Below are positions 36,138 through 45,934 of a DNA stretch of 64,000 nucleotides, one piece after another (the stretch's first letter is position 1; each line of letters begins with the position of its first letter). Below the pieces are notes generated by a model. The model worked only from the letters and a program-made list of their open reading frames with translations. It did no database searches and was not told where the DNA came from. The translations under genes and the position numbers were made by a program. The stretch lies in assembly GCA_965214045.1 (NCBI GenBank), contig OZ243935.1:2316994-2380993 (forward strand), in the 5' to 3' direction. Source of the stretch: Candidatus Poribacteria bacterium (GTDB lineage: Bacteria > Poribacteria > WGA-4E > WGA-3G).

Positions 36138-37813
36138 ATAGCATTCAGCCATCAGCCATCAGCCATCAGCCAAGAAGCGGTCAAGGGTCAGCTGTCAGCA
36201 AAGGAAATCGTGCGATAGGTGAAAACGATGGCAACCGCCACAATGATCGACTGACAGCCGACTGCCGACTGCTGATAGCTATTCTGATGACACTATTTTT
36301 CGCAGTTGGTTGTCAAACCCAAAAATCGCTGCCTAATACGCTGTATTTTGAAATTAATACACGTAACGGGCAACCGCTCCGTCAAGGACTCTACGGCTTC
36401 AACTCAAATATGATAAGCGGTGATTACGGTTACCTTGATGACGATTTTGTCGCCTTAACCAAGGTACTCGCGCCGAAGACCTTACGGTTTCCGGGCGGGA
36501 CGGTTGGAAACTTTTATCATTGGGAACCTGGTGGCTTTTTTGAGGATGAAATGGTATCGACGCTCAGTACGAAACTTAATAGACGGATGAAGGGAAATTA
36601 CGTCAAACTTCAAAGGCGGCGGAACGGTCAAATCCTTTTCGACGACTTTATGCAGTTATGCCACACACTGAATATCACGCCTATTGTTGTTGTAAACTTA
36701 TGGACAGGCACTCCAGAAGAGAGTGCGGCGTGGGTTCGCTATGCGAAAGACAAAGGCTACCAGATTACGCATTGGGAACTCGGTAACGAATACTATCTAC
36801 CGCATTATCTCAACAAATATCCAACCGTTGAAGTCTACATAGCGGAAGCCAAGAAACATGCGACAGCGATGAAAGCTGTGAATCCAGATATAAAGGTATC
36901 CGTCTGTGCGACTCCGATTGCTTTCCATAAGGAGGGATGGTTGGTAAAAAGTTACCAACGGAAATGGGATGAAGGTCTCGCAGCTGATAATAGTTTCTAC
37001 GACGCTTATACCGTCCATGTCTATGCCTATAAGGCTGTCCGAAAAAAAGAGATCGAAGAAATGCGGGGCTACTTGATGGGATGGATTCACTTTGGTGTCG
37101 CGGAGGCTATTGATTACTATGAAAAGTTATTTCCAAATAAAGAGATGTGGATAACGGAATGGAACATCACCAACCCCGCAAACCGAGTCGCAAATACACA
37201 ACTCCATGCGATGTATGTGGGTGATTTTTTCCTGAAAATGTTAGCGATTCCGAACGTCACACAGGCAAACTTTCACGTCATCACGGGTCCCGGGAAAGGA
37301 TTCCCTGTGTTTTCGCCTGTAACACCGCCAACACCGAATACCTTTTGGAAATATGGCGGTGAACCCGAGTCCGATTTCGGTGGCACTATTCGACGTGCTG
37401 TTTATCCTGCTTTTCAACTCATCGGTGAAGCATTCGCTGAGGCTGACACACAGTTCTCCCTTTCAATTCAAAATCAGCCCTTTCTGGCAGGAACCATGGA
37501 GTATAAGGATAAACAGATGCCCGGTATTCAGGCACATGCCATCGGTGGAAATGCCATGGAACATTTGACTGTACTCGTCAGTAATCGGACAAGTGAGCAA
37601 TACGAACCGCAACTCCTAATTGATGGTGAACGTTACAAGGGCAACATCGACTACCGTTATGTTGCTGATGAGAGGCTCAATGCAACCAACGGTGGAAACG
37701 CTGAAATGGAGGGGTCTGGTAAAATCGAAGTCCGTATCCAAGAGTGGCATGGGAAATCGACGGAACTTGTCATCCCTAAAAATAGTTTTGGAATTTTAAA
37801 ATTAAGAGAATAG
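36134..37813 (+). CDS. glycoside hydrolase, clan GH-A TIM barrel (GH39/GH79/GH30-like), probable lipoprotein
   Basis: Catalytic-pair pattern WELGNEY (acid/base) and ITEWN (nucleophile). Lipobox-like LFFAVGC. The N-terminal low-complexity region is encoded by (CAGCCAT)3 and GACTGCCGACTGCTG repeats, so the true start may be later. Confidence 0.6.
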   Translation: MNSIQPSAISHQPRSGQGSAVSKGNRAIGENDGNRHNDRLTADCRLLIAILMTLFFAVGCQTQKSLPNTLYFEINTRNGQPLRQGLYGFNSNMISGDYGYLDDDFVALTKVLAPKTLRFPGGTVGNFYHWEPGGFFEDEMVSTLSTKLNRRMKGNYVKLQRRRNGQILFDDFMQLCHTLNITPIVVVNLWTGTPEESAAWVRYAKDKGYQITHWELGNEYYLPHYLNKYPTVEVYIAEAKKHATAMKAVNPDIKVSVCATPIAFHKEGWLVKSYQRKWDEGLAADNSFYDAYTVHVYAYKAVRKKEIEEMRGYLMGWIHFGVAEAIDYYEKLFPNKEMWITEWNITNPANRVANTQLHAMYVGDFFLKMLAIPNVTQANFHVITGPGKGFPVFSPVTPPTPNTFWKYGGEPESDFGGTIRRAVYPAFQLIGEAFAEADTQFSLSIQNQPFLAGTMEYKDKQMPGIQAHAIGGNAMEHLTVLVSNRTSEQYEPQLLIDGERYKGNIDYRYVADERLNATNGGNAEMEGSGKIEVRIQEWHGKSTELVIPKNSFGILKLRE

Positions 37814-37844
37814 ATAGTTGTTCATAGAGAGGCATGTTATTCTT

Positions 37845-37903
37845 CAAACCGACCTGACCGAACCGCAAGGAATAATTAAAAGTCCGCAAGGAATAATTAA
37901 AAG
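37845..37903 (+). repeat. leader repeat with tandemly duplicated core (ccgcaaggaataattaaaag twice) abutting an ATG
   Basis: caaaccgacctgaccgaaccgcaaggaataattaaaagtccgcaaggaataattaaaag followed by ATG 37904. Compare the duplication at 5405-5446. Confidence 0.8.
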
Positions 37904-38944
37904 ATGGTATTTGTTGTAGGGAATAGTCGCAGTGGTACAACAATGATGGGGCGGATTTTAGGAAAACACCCGAGTATTTATACTTTCGGGGAACTTCACT
38001 TTTTTGGTCAGTTGTGTGCCCCGCCGTTTTCATCGGAATCGCGTAAGGAGGAGATAGAAGAACTCGCCTCACAGTTACATTGTATTCAGCAAGAAGGGTA
38101 TCGCACGCATGGAAACCCACGTCGTTTCTTAAGCAAGGCAGAGTCCTTTCTTGAGAGTCTAATCACTTATCCTGAAACGCAAGCCGCGCTTTTTGAAGCC
38201 TTTCTCCACCATGTTGCTGCTGAGAATGGTGGTGCTATCCCTTGCGATCAAACACCGCGTAATGTCTTTTATATTGCCGATATCCTTCAGCTTTACCCGA
38301 AAGCTCGGATTATCAATATGATCCGTGACCCACGCGATGTGTTATTATCTCAAAAAAGGAAGTGGAAACGCCGGTTTCTCGGCGGGAGTGATCTGCCGAA
38401 AAAGGAAACGTTCCGTGATTGGGTGAACTATCATCCAATAATCATTAGTTACATCTGGCGCACCGCCGTCGCCGCTGCTGAGCAGTTTTTACAACACGAA
38501 CGAGTTACCTCCATCTATTTTGAGGAACTCCTCGCGCACCCTAAGGCAACTGTCAAACATCTCTGTGATTTTGTCGGTATTACTTACACGGATGCAATGC
38601 TCCAAGTACCGCAAGTTGGATCTTCTGTCGCGGAGGACCAGCCTCAGCAACTTGGCATAAATCCGCACCGAGCACACAGTTGGAACAGGAACACAACTGG
38701 CGGAGAGCTCAGTTCCGCTGAGATTTACCTTAACCAGACGATAACTGCAGCTCTCATGAAAACACATAACTATATCCCTGTGTCGGTGCGTCCAAATCTC
38801 GCACATTTGACACTACACCTATTGACCTTTCCTGTAAAATTAGTCGGGGCATTCCTTTTTAACCTTGATCGGATGAAAAGCATCCGTCAAACGCTAAAGA
38901 GACGGATTTTTAATTTACCTTGCAGAGAAACAACGGACGTTTGA
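37904..38944 (+). CDS. sulfotransferase-family protein
   Basis: VVGNSRSGTTMMGRIL (5'-PSB) and MIRDPRDVLLS (3'-PB). The last about 12 codons are encoded by the reverse-orientation repeat module. Confidence 0.7.
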   Translation: MVFVVGNSRSGTTMMGRILGKHPSIYTFGELHFFGQLCAPPFSSESRKEEIEELASQLHCIQQEGYRTHGNPRRFLSKAESFLESLITYPETQAALFEAFLHHVAAENGGAIPCDQTPRNVFYIADILQLYPKARIINMIRDPRDVLLSQKRKWKRRFLGGSDLPKKETFRDWVNYHPIIISYIWRTAVAAAEQFLQHERVTSIYFEELLAHPKATVKHLCDFVGITYTDAMLQVPQVGSSVAEDQPQQLGINPHRAHSWNRNTTGGELSSAEIYLNQTITAALMKTHNYIPVSVRPNLAHLTLHLLTFPVKLVGAFLFNLDRMKSIRQTLKRRIFNLPCRETTDV

Positions 38945-38985
38945 ACTTTGAAGTGCGTTTCTTCAGATATACGTAAAGGTACTTT
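38906..38985 (-). repeat. reverse-complement core motif plus conserved 3' module (second copy)
   Basis: tttttaatttaccttgcagagaaacaacggacgtttgaactttgaagtgcgtttc, homologous to 34528-34610. Confidence 0.7.
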
Positions 38986-39002
38986 ATTTATTAAACCCAC
39001 CT

Positions 39003-39029
39003 CACCGAACCGCAAGGAATAATTAAAAT
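39003..39029 (+). repeat. core motif copy abutting an ATG
   Basis: caccgaaccgcaaggaataattaaaat followed by ATG 39030. Confidence 0.8.
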
Positions 39030-40031
39030 ATGATTGCACAGATAGATTCACGTTATATTAAAACCCGCCCAACGAAGGTCCTAACGCGCCTGATGAGTTA
39101 TGCCCTCTTTGAAGGTCGTCCTGTAACCACGAAAGGTCGCTGGATAAATCCGCTCGTTTTTTCACTTTTGAAGAGGTTCGCTGCGAAGAGTAACACATAT
39201 AAATCTGTTGAAAAACCGATCTTCATCTTGGGGACCGGTCGCAGTGGCACTACGATACTCGGTATTGTGCTATCTATGCACAGGGAGATTGGCTATCTCA
39301 ACGAACCAAAGGCTATATGGCATCTCATCCATCCGCATGAAGACATTATCGGTAACTACAGTCAAGCGGATGCAAAATATCGACTCACTGCCGAAGATGC
39401 AACAAACGAAATGTGTCAGTGCGCTTCGCAGCTATTCGGTGCCTATTTGGCAGCAACGCGCTCAAAACGTCTGGTTGATAAGTATCCGGAACTCATCTTC
39501 AGGGTAGATTTCGTTCGCGCACTGTTTCCTGATGCTCGTTTCATTTTCCTTACCCGCAATGGGTGGGATACGTGCCATTCAATTGCAACATGGTCGGAAC
39601 GGCTCGGTATCCAGATCAATAGCGAGAAACATGATTGGTGGGGTGTGAATGACCGGAAGTGGAGGCTCTTAGTTGAGCAACTCGTTAAAACGGACCCTGT
39701 TTTTTCGAAATCTACTGATGAAGTTAAACGTATGGATCGACATCTCGATAGAGCAGCTGTGGAATGGATAGTCACTATGCGTGAGGGGCTTCATTTAATG
39801 CGAACGTCACCTGACTATATTCATCTTATTCGTTTTGAGGATCTGACATCACAGCCGGATGAAACCCTCTCGGCTTTATGTGACTTCTGCGAACTTCCAA
39901 TGGACACAACATTCCGTGAGTATGCTCGACAGACCTTGCATCCAGTACCTGCTAAAGAATCTTTTGATATTCATACGAAGATCGCACCACTTTTCCATGA
40001 TACCATGAGAGAAATGGGATATAATACTTAG
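39030..40031 (+). CDS. sulfotransferase-family protein
   Basis: ILGTGRSGTTILG (5'-PSB) and FLTRNGWDT (3'-PB-like). Confidence 0.65.
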   Translation: MIAQIDSRYIKTRPTKVLTRLMSYALFEGRPVTTKGRWINPLVFSLLKRFAAKSNTYKSVEKPIFILGTGRSGTTILGIVLSMHREIGYLNEPKAIWHLIHPHEDIIGNYSQADAKYRLTAEDATNEMCQCASQLFGAYLAATRSKRLVDKYPELIFRVDFVRALFPDARFIFLTRNGWDTCHSIATWSERLGIQINSEKHDWWGVNDRKWRLLVEQLVKTDPVFSKSTDEVKRMDRHLDRAAVEWIVTMREGLHLMRTSPDYIHLIRFEDLTSQPDETLSALCDFCELPMDTTFREYARQTLHPVPAKESFDIHTKIAPLFHDTMREMGYNT

Positions 40032-40101
40032 ATGAATTTTGAATTACGTATGGCGAGATGTATGCTCTTGCCTATTATTAAAGATCGGACGCATTCATAC
40101 A

Positions 40102-42194
40102 ATGCCCAAAGACCCAGTTAGACAAACAGGAAGACATTCTCCAACAACACATTCTTTTACCCGGCGGGACTTCCTCTCAACCAGTTTGAAAGCTGGTGCT
40201 GCTGCCTTCACGACTGGACTCTTACCGAAATGGAATGCTGACGCTCAAGGGCAGTACAACGTGTTATTCATCGTTGTGGATGACTTGCGACCTTTACTTG
40301 GGTGCTACGGGCATCCAGAGGTACACACTCCTAATATTGATAAGCTCGCCGAACGAGGAACGGTTTTCAACCGAGCATATTGCCAGTATCCTCTCTGTAG
40401 TCCGTCCCGGACTTCGATGATAACAGGATTACGCCCGGAAACAACAGGTGTGCTGAATAATTCGCAAAATTTTCGGAAGAAATTGCCTGACGCGATTACA
40501 CTGCCTCAGCATTTCAAAACACATGGGTATCATACCCAATCCGTCGGTAGAATCGCACACCTTCCACAACTCCAGGATGATGAAAACTCATGGAGCGTTG
40601 CATCATGGAGACCGTTATGGTTGCCTTTTGATATAGAAACGACCCCATCTTGGCAAGCACTTGATGTTGACGATGACGATCTCAGAGATGGTAAAACTGC
40701 GAGACGAGCAGTTCGGACCCTGAACGGGATTAAAGACCGGCAATTTTTCCTTGCTGTCGGATTTTACAAACCGCATTTGCCCTTTAAGGCACCGCGAAAA
40801 TATTTTGAATTGTACGATACCCAAAACTTTGATTTGCCTGCTTCTTCTGTATCACCTAAAGATGCCCCTGATAGCGCACTTACCAATTGGAGTGCGATCC
40901 GAGCTTATCAAGATCTGCCTTTGGGAACAACACCTCTCTCTGATGCTAAGACCTTAGAATTGATTCGCGCGTATGCCGCCACAACGAGTTATACGGATGC
41001 ACAAATTGGTCGTGTATTAGCACAGTTAGATACCCTCGGTCTTACGGAGAATACTGTCATCGTTTTTTGTGGTGACCATGGGTATCATCTTGGTGAACAC
41101 GGAATATGGGGAAAACAAACCCTTTTTGAAGTCTCTCTCAGATCTCCTCTGATTGTTAGCATCCCATACCAACAAAGTTCGGAGACTGAGGCTTTGACTG
41201 AACTTGTTGACATCTATCCGACATTATGTGATGCGTGTCACTTGCCTATTCCAACAGAACTTGAAGGCAGTAGTATGATGCCGGTTATTGAGCAACCGAC
41301 TCGTCCTTGGAAAACTGCCGCTTTTAGCCAATTCGGGGGGAGTTCGCACGGTGGCATATCTATCCGGACGGAACGGTATAGATATACTGAATGGGACGAA
41401 ACGGGAGTCGTGGTGTTGAACTCTATGATTATGAAGCGGATCCAGATGAGACCGTTAATATCGCGACGCAACCAGAAAATGCGGAACTCGTCGTACACCT
41501 CAGCGAACGGCTTCACGCCGGATGGCAAGCGGCTTTGCCGGATATGCGCCAGCAGGTTCCCGTTCCGCAAACATTACCGTGGGATATAAATAATGATGGC
41601 GTTGTTGATATCCGTGATCTTGTTCTAATTTCAAGTAGTTTTGGTGAGGAAACACCAGCACACCCGAAAGCTGATGTAAATAAGGATGGTAAAGTTAACA
41701 TTCTTGACTTGCTTCTGGTGGCTGCGCATTTCGGTGAATCCAGCACGCCTGCTTCGCCATCGACTCGTGCCAATATTAGCGCAGAGCATTTTGACTTGGT
41801 GGAGCAATGGCTGACTGAAGCACATCTCGCAAATGATGGTTCACTTCCTTTTCAGGAAGGTATTGCTGCTTTAGAGCGTCTAATGGATACAGGGGTACCT
41901 ATGGAAACAGTTCTCTTACCGAACTATCCGAATCCGTTTAATCCTGAGACGTGGATACCTTACGATTTGGCTGAAGATTCGGATGTCGAGATCCACATCT
42001 ATAATCTGAAAGGTGAAACTGTGCGGCAGTTATCGCTTGGTTTTCAAAGTGCTGGCACCTATCGGACTCGGTCTCGTGCGGCATATTGGGATGGTCGGAA
42101 TGCTATCGGTGAACCTGTGGCAAATGGTGTCTACTTTTATACGCTTCAGACGGGACAAATGACAGCGACACGCCAAATGGTGATATTGAAATAG
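40102..42194 (+). pseudogene. Tat-exported formylglycine-type sulfatase fused to dockerin-like repeats and a T9SS C-terminal domain; reading frame broken near 41405-41420
   Basis: Twin-arginine signal TRRDFLSTSLKAGAAAF. Sulfatase signature CQYPLCSPSRTSMITG. The sulfatase C-terminal box (RYRYTEW...VELYDYEADPDET) is split between ORF 40039-41589 and ORF 41391-42194, which are -1 apart. The downstream part carries DINNDGVVDIRDL / DVNKDGKVNILDL and NYPNPFNPETWIPYDL...IHIYNLKGE...GVYFYTL. Confidence 0.6.
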
Positions 42195-42201
42195 GTAAAT
42201 C

Positions 42202-42337
42202 ATGAGAGATGAAATCTGCATTATTCACCCGCAAGATAAAATTAAAAACAAGCCTGCAACAACGGCGCAGGCGACAACAGAGAAAGGCACGTGAGAGATG
42301 AAATCTGCGTTATTCGCCCGCAAGGTAAAATTAAAAA
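42202..42337 (+). repeat. start-codon cassette: a partial copy (42202-42248) and a full copy (42250-42337), the latter including the ATG at 42298 and the first codons of the following gene
   Basis: atgagagatgaaatctgcRttattcRcccgcaagRtaaaattaaaaa occurs twice, separated by aagcctgcaacaacggcgcaggcgacaacagagaaaggcac. Homologous to 32617-32704. Confidence 0.75.
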
Positions 42338-43965
42338 TCTGTGTTTCAGTGTTCGTTTTAATTGCCGCAACAGTACAGGCTGCCTCGCTCATCAATGTTC
42401 CGCTCAATCCGGACTTGTCTGACTTTAATCGTGAAACCTACCGCTTTATTCATCGTTTACTTAACAAGCGGGTTTTACCCGGTATCCGGCGCGGTTCGTT
42501 GCCACTCACCCGTAAACAGGTTGTATCTTATCTGTTAGAGGTGGATCAGAAACAGAAAAACGGCGAAATCGCGTTGAGCGCTATTGACCAAGAGCGGCTA
42601 AACACACTATTAACCTTTTACCGCGAAGCTCGTGCGCCTATAACACAAAGCCCTGCCAGAAACCGACGATTGCATCTGCTGACAATGACCGGGAAAAAGA
42701 TGGACAAGGACTATCGGTTCTCTTTCGATGTGAGAGCTTCACAGCGTGTTATCGCGCATCTTATTGATAACTTGTCGGAGGAACAACCCAGTGAAGGAAA
42801 CATGCATGTTACCACCTTCTATCCACATCTCTATGGACAGGTGGGGGAAACGTTTGCCTTTACGACCGATATAGCACATAGGTTCGTCTACGGTGAATTT
42901 TTTGATGATTTCTTTCCTGATGAGACGAAAATTAGGCAATTGGAGGGTGGACTCAAAAACCGAACTGCTATTAACGCCTATCTGAAATTTGACTTGCCGT
43001 GGTTTGAACTGCAGCTTGGACAGGATACACTTCAGTGGGGACCTGGCTATCATGACAGCCTTTTGGTTTCCAAGAACCCGCTCGCTATGGACATGGTTAA
43101 ACTCCAAGCTACCTATAAACCTGTTACCTTCACAGCGTTCACCGGTATACTGGAGGATATGTCAGCGGAGATCAATCATAAGTATATTTCGGGACATAGG
43201 GTTGAGGGGTATTTCTGGGATAGGTTCGGTTTTGGTCTCTCTGAAGTCGTCGTTTACGGCGACCGTTTTGAGCCTGGGTATCTGAACCCAGTCAATATCT
43301 ACCTGATTAACGAGCAGCCGATTTCACGGGCAGATGGGCGCGTCCCCGGCAGTGGTGACAACGTCCTGATGAGTGTTGATATGCGGCTTCGTCTTGTAGA
43401 TGATTTTGAAATTTATGGCGAATTGATGGTGGACGATGGGAACCCCGCAGCGAATTTTAAACATTGGGATACGAAGTTTGGGGTCCTCGGTGGTATATAT
43501 CTAACAGACCCTTTTGGCATTGCAGATACTGACTTTCACGCTGAATACGCCTTTATAAACCAATACGCGTATACGCATGTAAATCCTGTGAATGTCTACA
43601 AACATTTTACCACGCCTATTGGACATCAGATCGGTTCTGATGCTGACAATCTATGGATAGAACTGCGTCGCCGATGGACAGATAGGCTTGAAACGACTTT
43701 CGGTTACGAATTAGAACGCCATGGGTCGGGTGGTATTGACAAACAACATCCGGTTGGTGCTCCAAAAGACGATGTTTGGACCCCGTTATCAGGTGTCACA
43801 GAAAGTGAGCACCGTCTCTCAGTCGGGGCTAACTGGGTTATTATCGGACATTATTCGCTCTATGCGGAGTGGGCACGCGTATGGAGAAGGAACTTGGGAA
43901 ATCGTAGAGATGTCCGCGAAAACGCGAATGAAATTGAAGCCAAATTCCTCTACCGGTTTCCCTAA
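42298..43965 (+). CDS. secreted outer-membrane beta-barrel-type protein, capsule-assembly Wzi-like
   Basis: Signal peptide with AQA|AS cleavage. Length and position in a glycan locus fit the Wzi family. Assignment tentative. Confidence 0.45.
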   Translation: MKSALFARKVKLKICVSVFVLIAATVQAASLINVPLNPDLSDFNRETYRFIHRLLNKRVLPGIRRGSLPLTRKQVVSYLLEVDQKQKNGEIALSAIDQERLNTLLTFYREARAPITQSPARNRRLHLLTMTGKKMDKDYRFSFDVRASQRVIAHLIDNLSEEQPSEGNMHVTTFYPHLYGQVGETFAFTTDIAHRFVYGEFFDDFFPDETKIRQLEGGLKNRTAINAYLKFDLPWFELQLGQDTLQWGPGYHDSLLVSKNPLAMDMVKLQATYKPVTFTAFTGILEDMSAEINHKYISGHRVEGYFWDRFGFGLSEVVVYGDRFEPGYLNPVNIYLINEQPISRADGRVPGSGDNVLMSVDMRLRLVDDFEIYGELMVDDGNPAANFKHWDTKFGVLGGIYLTDPFGIADTDFHAEYAFINQYAYTHVNPVNVYKHFTTPIGHQIGSDADNLWIELRRRWTDRLETTFGYELERHGSGGIDKQHPVGAPKDDVWTPLSGVTESEHRLSVGANWVIIGHYSLYAEWARVWRRNLGNRRDVRENANEIEAKFLYRFP

Positions 43966-44154
43966 TAGAACTTACGCAAATTAAACAGAGAACGAATATA
44001 TTTTGCTGAAAAGTTGCTATTTTGTTGCATTTAACCCTCTAAATTTCCCTTATCAGGTGGGCTTTAAAAGGAAATGCGTAAGTCCTACGTAATAAAAAAC
44101 TGAAGATTTAAATCGTTTTTATCATCAAATGATGTACTGACGGTTGATAGCCGA

Positions 44155-44272
44155 AAAACCAAGCGTTTTTGCTTGGGTGTTTACGAAATGAAATTATGCC
44201 TTAAGGCGACTCGAGAAAAAAGAACGTCAATATCCAAACCCTGATACTTAACCGCAGGGAAAATTAAAAAAT
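44155..44272 (+). repeat. long-form leader repeat ending in a core-motif variant (accgcagggaaaattaaaaa) not followed by ATG
   Basis: Contains the ccaagcgtttttgcttgg hairpin. Confidence 0.65.
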
Positions 44273-44288
44273 TGGTCGTAAAAACAAA

Positions 44289-44318
44289 TTGGACTTTTGC
44301 GCTTAAAACGGGTATAAT
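44289..44318 (+). promoter_or_regulatory. sigma70-type promoter (TTGGAC-18 bp-TATAAT)
   Basis: TTGGAC at 44289-44294 and TATAAT at 44313-44318. It would give an approximately 245-nt leader before ATG 44571. Confidence 0.45.
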
Positions 44319-44545
44319 ATATATGTAGAACCCAATCTGAAACAGAGACGAACTGTGCTTTGATAGCACAATTTAATCGCCTGAATTTATCTTGCGGTCG
44401 GTCCAGGGCGTTCTTGAAAAGAAGTTTTTCTGTCGCGTCCGTCCGGCGCGATGCTTGGACTACAATTGTTAGCCAAAGTGCATAGCTTGAAACGAAGTGG
44501 AAAGCGGGTATACGGAATAGAATATGAATTCACAGACTCACCTCT

Positions 44546-44570
44546 CTGAACCGCAAGGAAAACTGGAAAA
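44546..44570 (+). repeat. core motif copy abutting an ATG
   Basis: ctgaaccgcaaggaaaactggaaaa followed by ATG 44571. Confidence 0.75.
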
Positions 44571-45683
44571 ATGAGGATTAGGGTGTTGGGCATACGCGGG
44601 CTCCCCGCTACCTATAGTGGACTGGAAACTATCATGGGTGAACTTGCTCCCCGCTGGGTAGAAGCCGGTCATGAAGTTATCGTCTACTGCCGGAAGGCAC
44701 TTTTCAAGGAAAGACCTGCGGAATGGAATGGCATCAAGCTTGTTTATTTGCCAAGCATAGAGCATAAGATGTTCAGTACTCTGAGCCACAGTTTTCTCGC
44801 AACGATGCACGCTTCGGTTACCGCATCTGATGTCATTTTGACATGGAACGCTGGCAATGGTCCGTTCGGATGGTTCTTCCGTATTGCAGGGAAAACCGCT
44901 GTTATCAACGTGGATGGAATGGAATGGCTCCGTCCAAAATGGAAAGGGCTTGGCGCACTTTACTTCAAGTGGGCGGCAAAGATGGCGACAGCGGCGTTTC
45001 CAATTGTTATTACCGATGCTTCTGAAATGAAGCGTCTCTATCTTGAGGAATTGGGGGCGGAAACTACTTATATCGCTTATGGTGCGAACATTGAGCCTTC
45101 GAAACATCCAGAGATTCTGGAGACCTATGGGCTTAAACCCCGGAATTATTATCTTATTGCCAGTCGGCTTGTCCCGGATAACAATGCCGATCTCATTTTA
45201 GAGGCGTTCGTTGCTTCAAAGAGCCAAAAGCAACTTGCTATCGCTGGCGGCGCGGATTACAAAGGCAACAAACTTGAGAACGAATTTCTATCGAAATTAA
45301 AAAACATTGCTAACGAGAACGTCAAGTTTCTCGGACATATTGACGATTCTGAACATATTAAAGAACTTCACCATCACTGCTTTGCCTACGTTCATGGACA
45401 CCAGTTCGGTGGCATTAATCCTTCTATTCTAAAGGCGTTAGGGTTTTCCAACTGCATTCTTGCGCTGAATACACCCTTCAACGATGAAGTGCTGGCAGGT
45501 GGGTATTATGGGGTACTCTTTGATAAAAACGTGGCGTCTCTTACGGAAAAGATTCAGATGTTGGAACAACATCCAGAACAGGTTGAAAATTTCCGACAGC
45601 GTGCACCGGAACAGATCCGCAAACGGTTTAATTGGGAAAACATAGCACAGCAATATCTTGATGTTTTTGAAAAACTCCAGTAG
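44571..45683 (+). CDS. glycosyltransferase family 4 (WbuB/WcfP-like)
   Basis: GT-B fold with a C-terminal donor-binding region (...CFAYVHGHQFGGINPSILKALGFSNCILALNTPFNDEVL...). Confidence 0.7.
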   Translation: MRIRVLGIRGLPATYSGLETIMGELAPRWVEAGHEVIVYCRKALFKERPAEWNGIKLVYLPSIEHKMFSTLSHSFLATMHASVTASDVILTWNAGNGPFGWFFRIAGKTAVINVDGMEWLRPKWKGLGALYFKWAAKMATAAFPIVITDASEMKRLYLEELGAETTYIAYGANIEPSKHPEILETYGLKPRNYYLIASRLVPDNNADLILEAFVASKSQKQLAIAGGADYKGNKLENEFLSKLKNIANENVKFLGHIDDSEHIKELHHHCFAYVHGHQFGGINPSILKALGFSNCILALNTPFNDEVLAGGYYGVLFDKNVASLTEKIQMLEQHPEQVENFRQRAPEQIRKRFNWENIAQQYLDVFEKLQ

Positions 45684-45934
45684 GACTAACTTTTATCGGT
45701 TGCCCGTGATATGTATAAAGCCCTGAAAATTTCGTCAGGGCTCTGTTATGCAAGTTAGTATAATCTCGCAACCCTACGCCTAACATTTGGATTGCGATAG
45801 AGGAATTAACCATGCCATTCCTATCAAGAAGCATAAATCAGATAGGAAAAGATGCAGGCAGAACTGGCTTGCAAGCTTCGCCAAAAATATCAAAGACAGG
45901 GATTCTTGTGGAACGACTTTCCTCTTTCTACGCA

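Noticed and set aside
36146-36172. Short direct repeats (CAGCCAT x3, CCGAAAG x4, CTGCTGA x3) considered as possible CRISPR arrays
   Set aside because: The units are 7 nt with no spacers, and no cas genes are present. They are microsatellite-like, not CRISPR.
42298-43965. Calling the 555-aa secreted protein a TonB-dependent receptor or porin
   Set aside because: It has no TonB box or plug-domain pattern, and its size and glycan-locus context fit Wzi-like proteins better. It is kept as a tentative Wzi-like outer-membrane protein.
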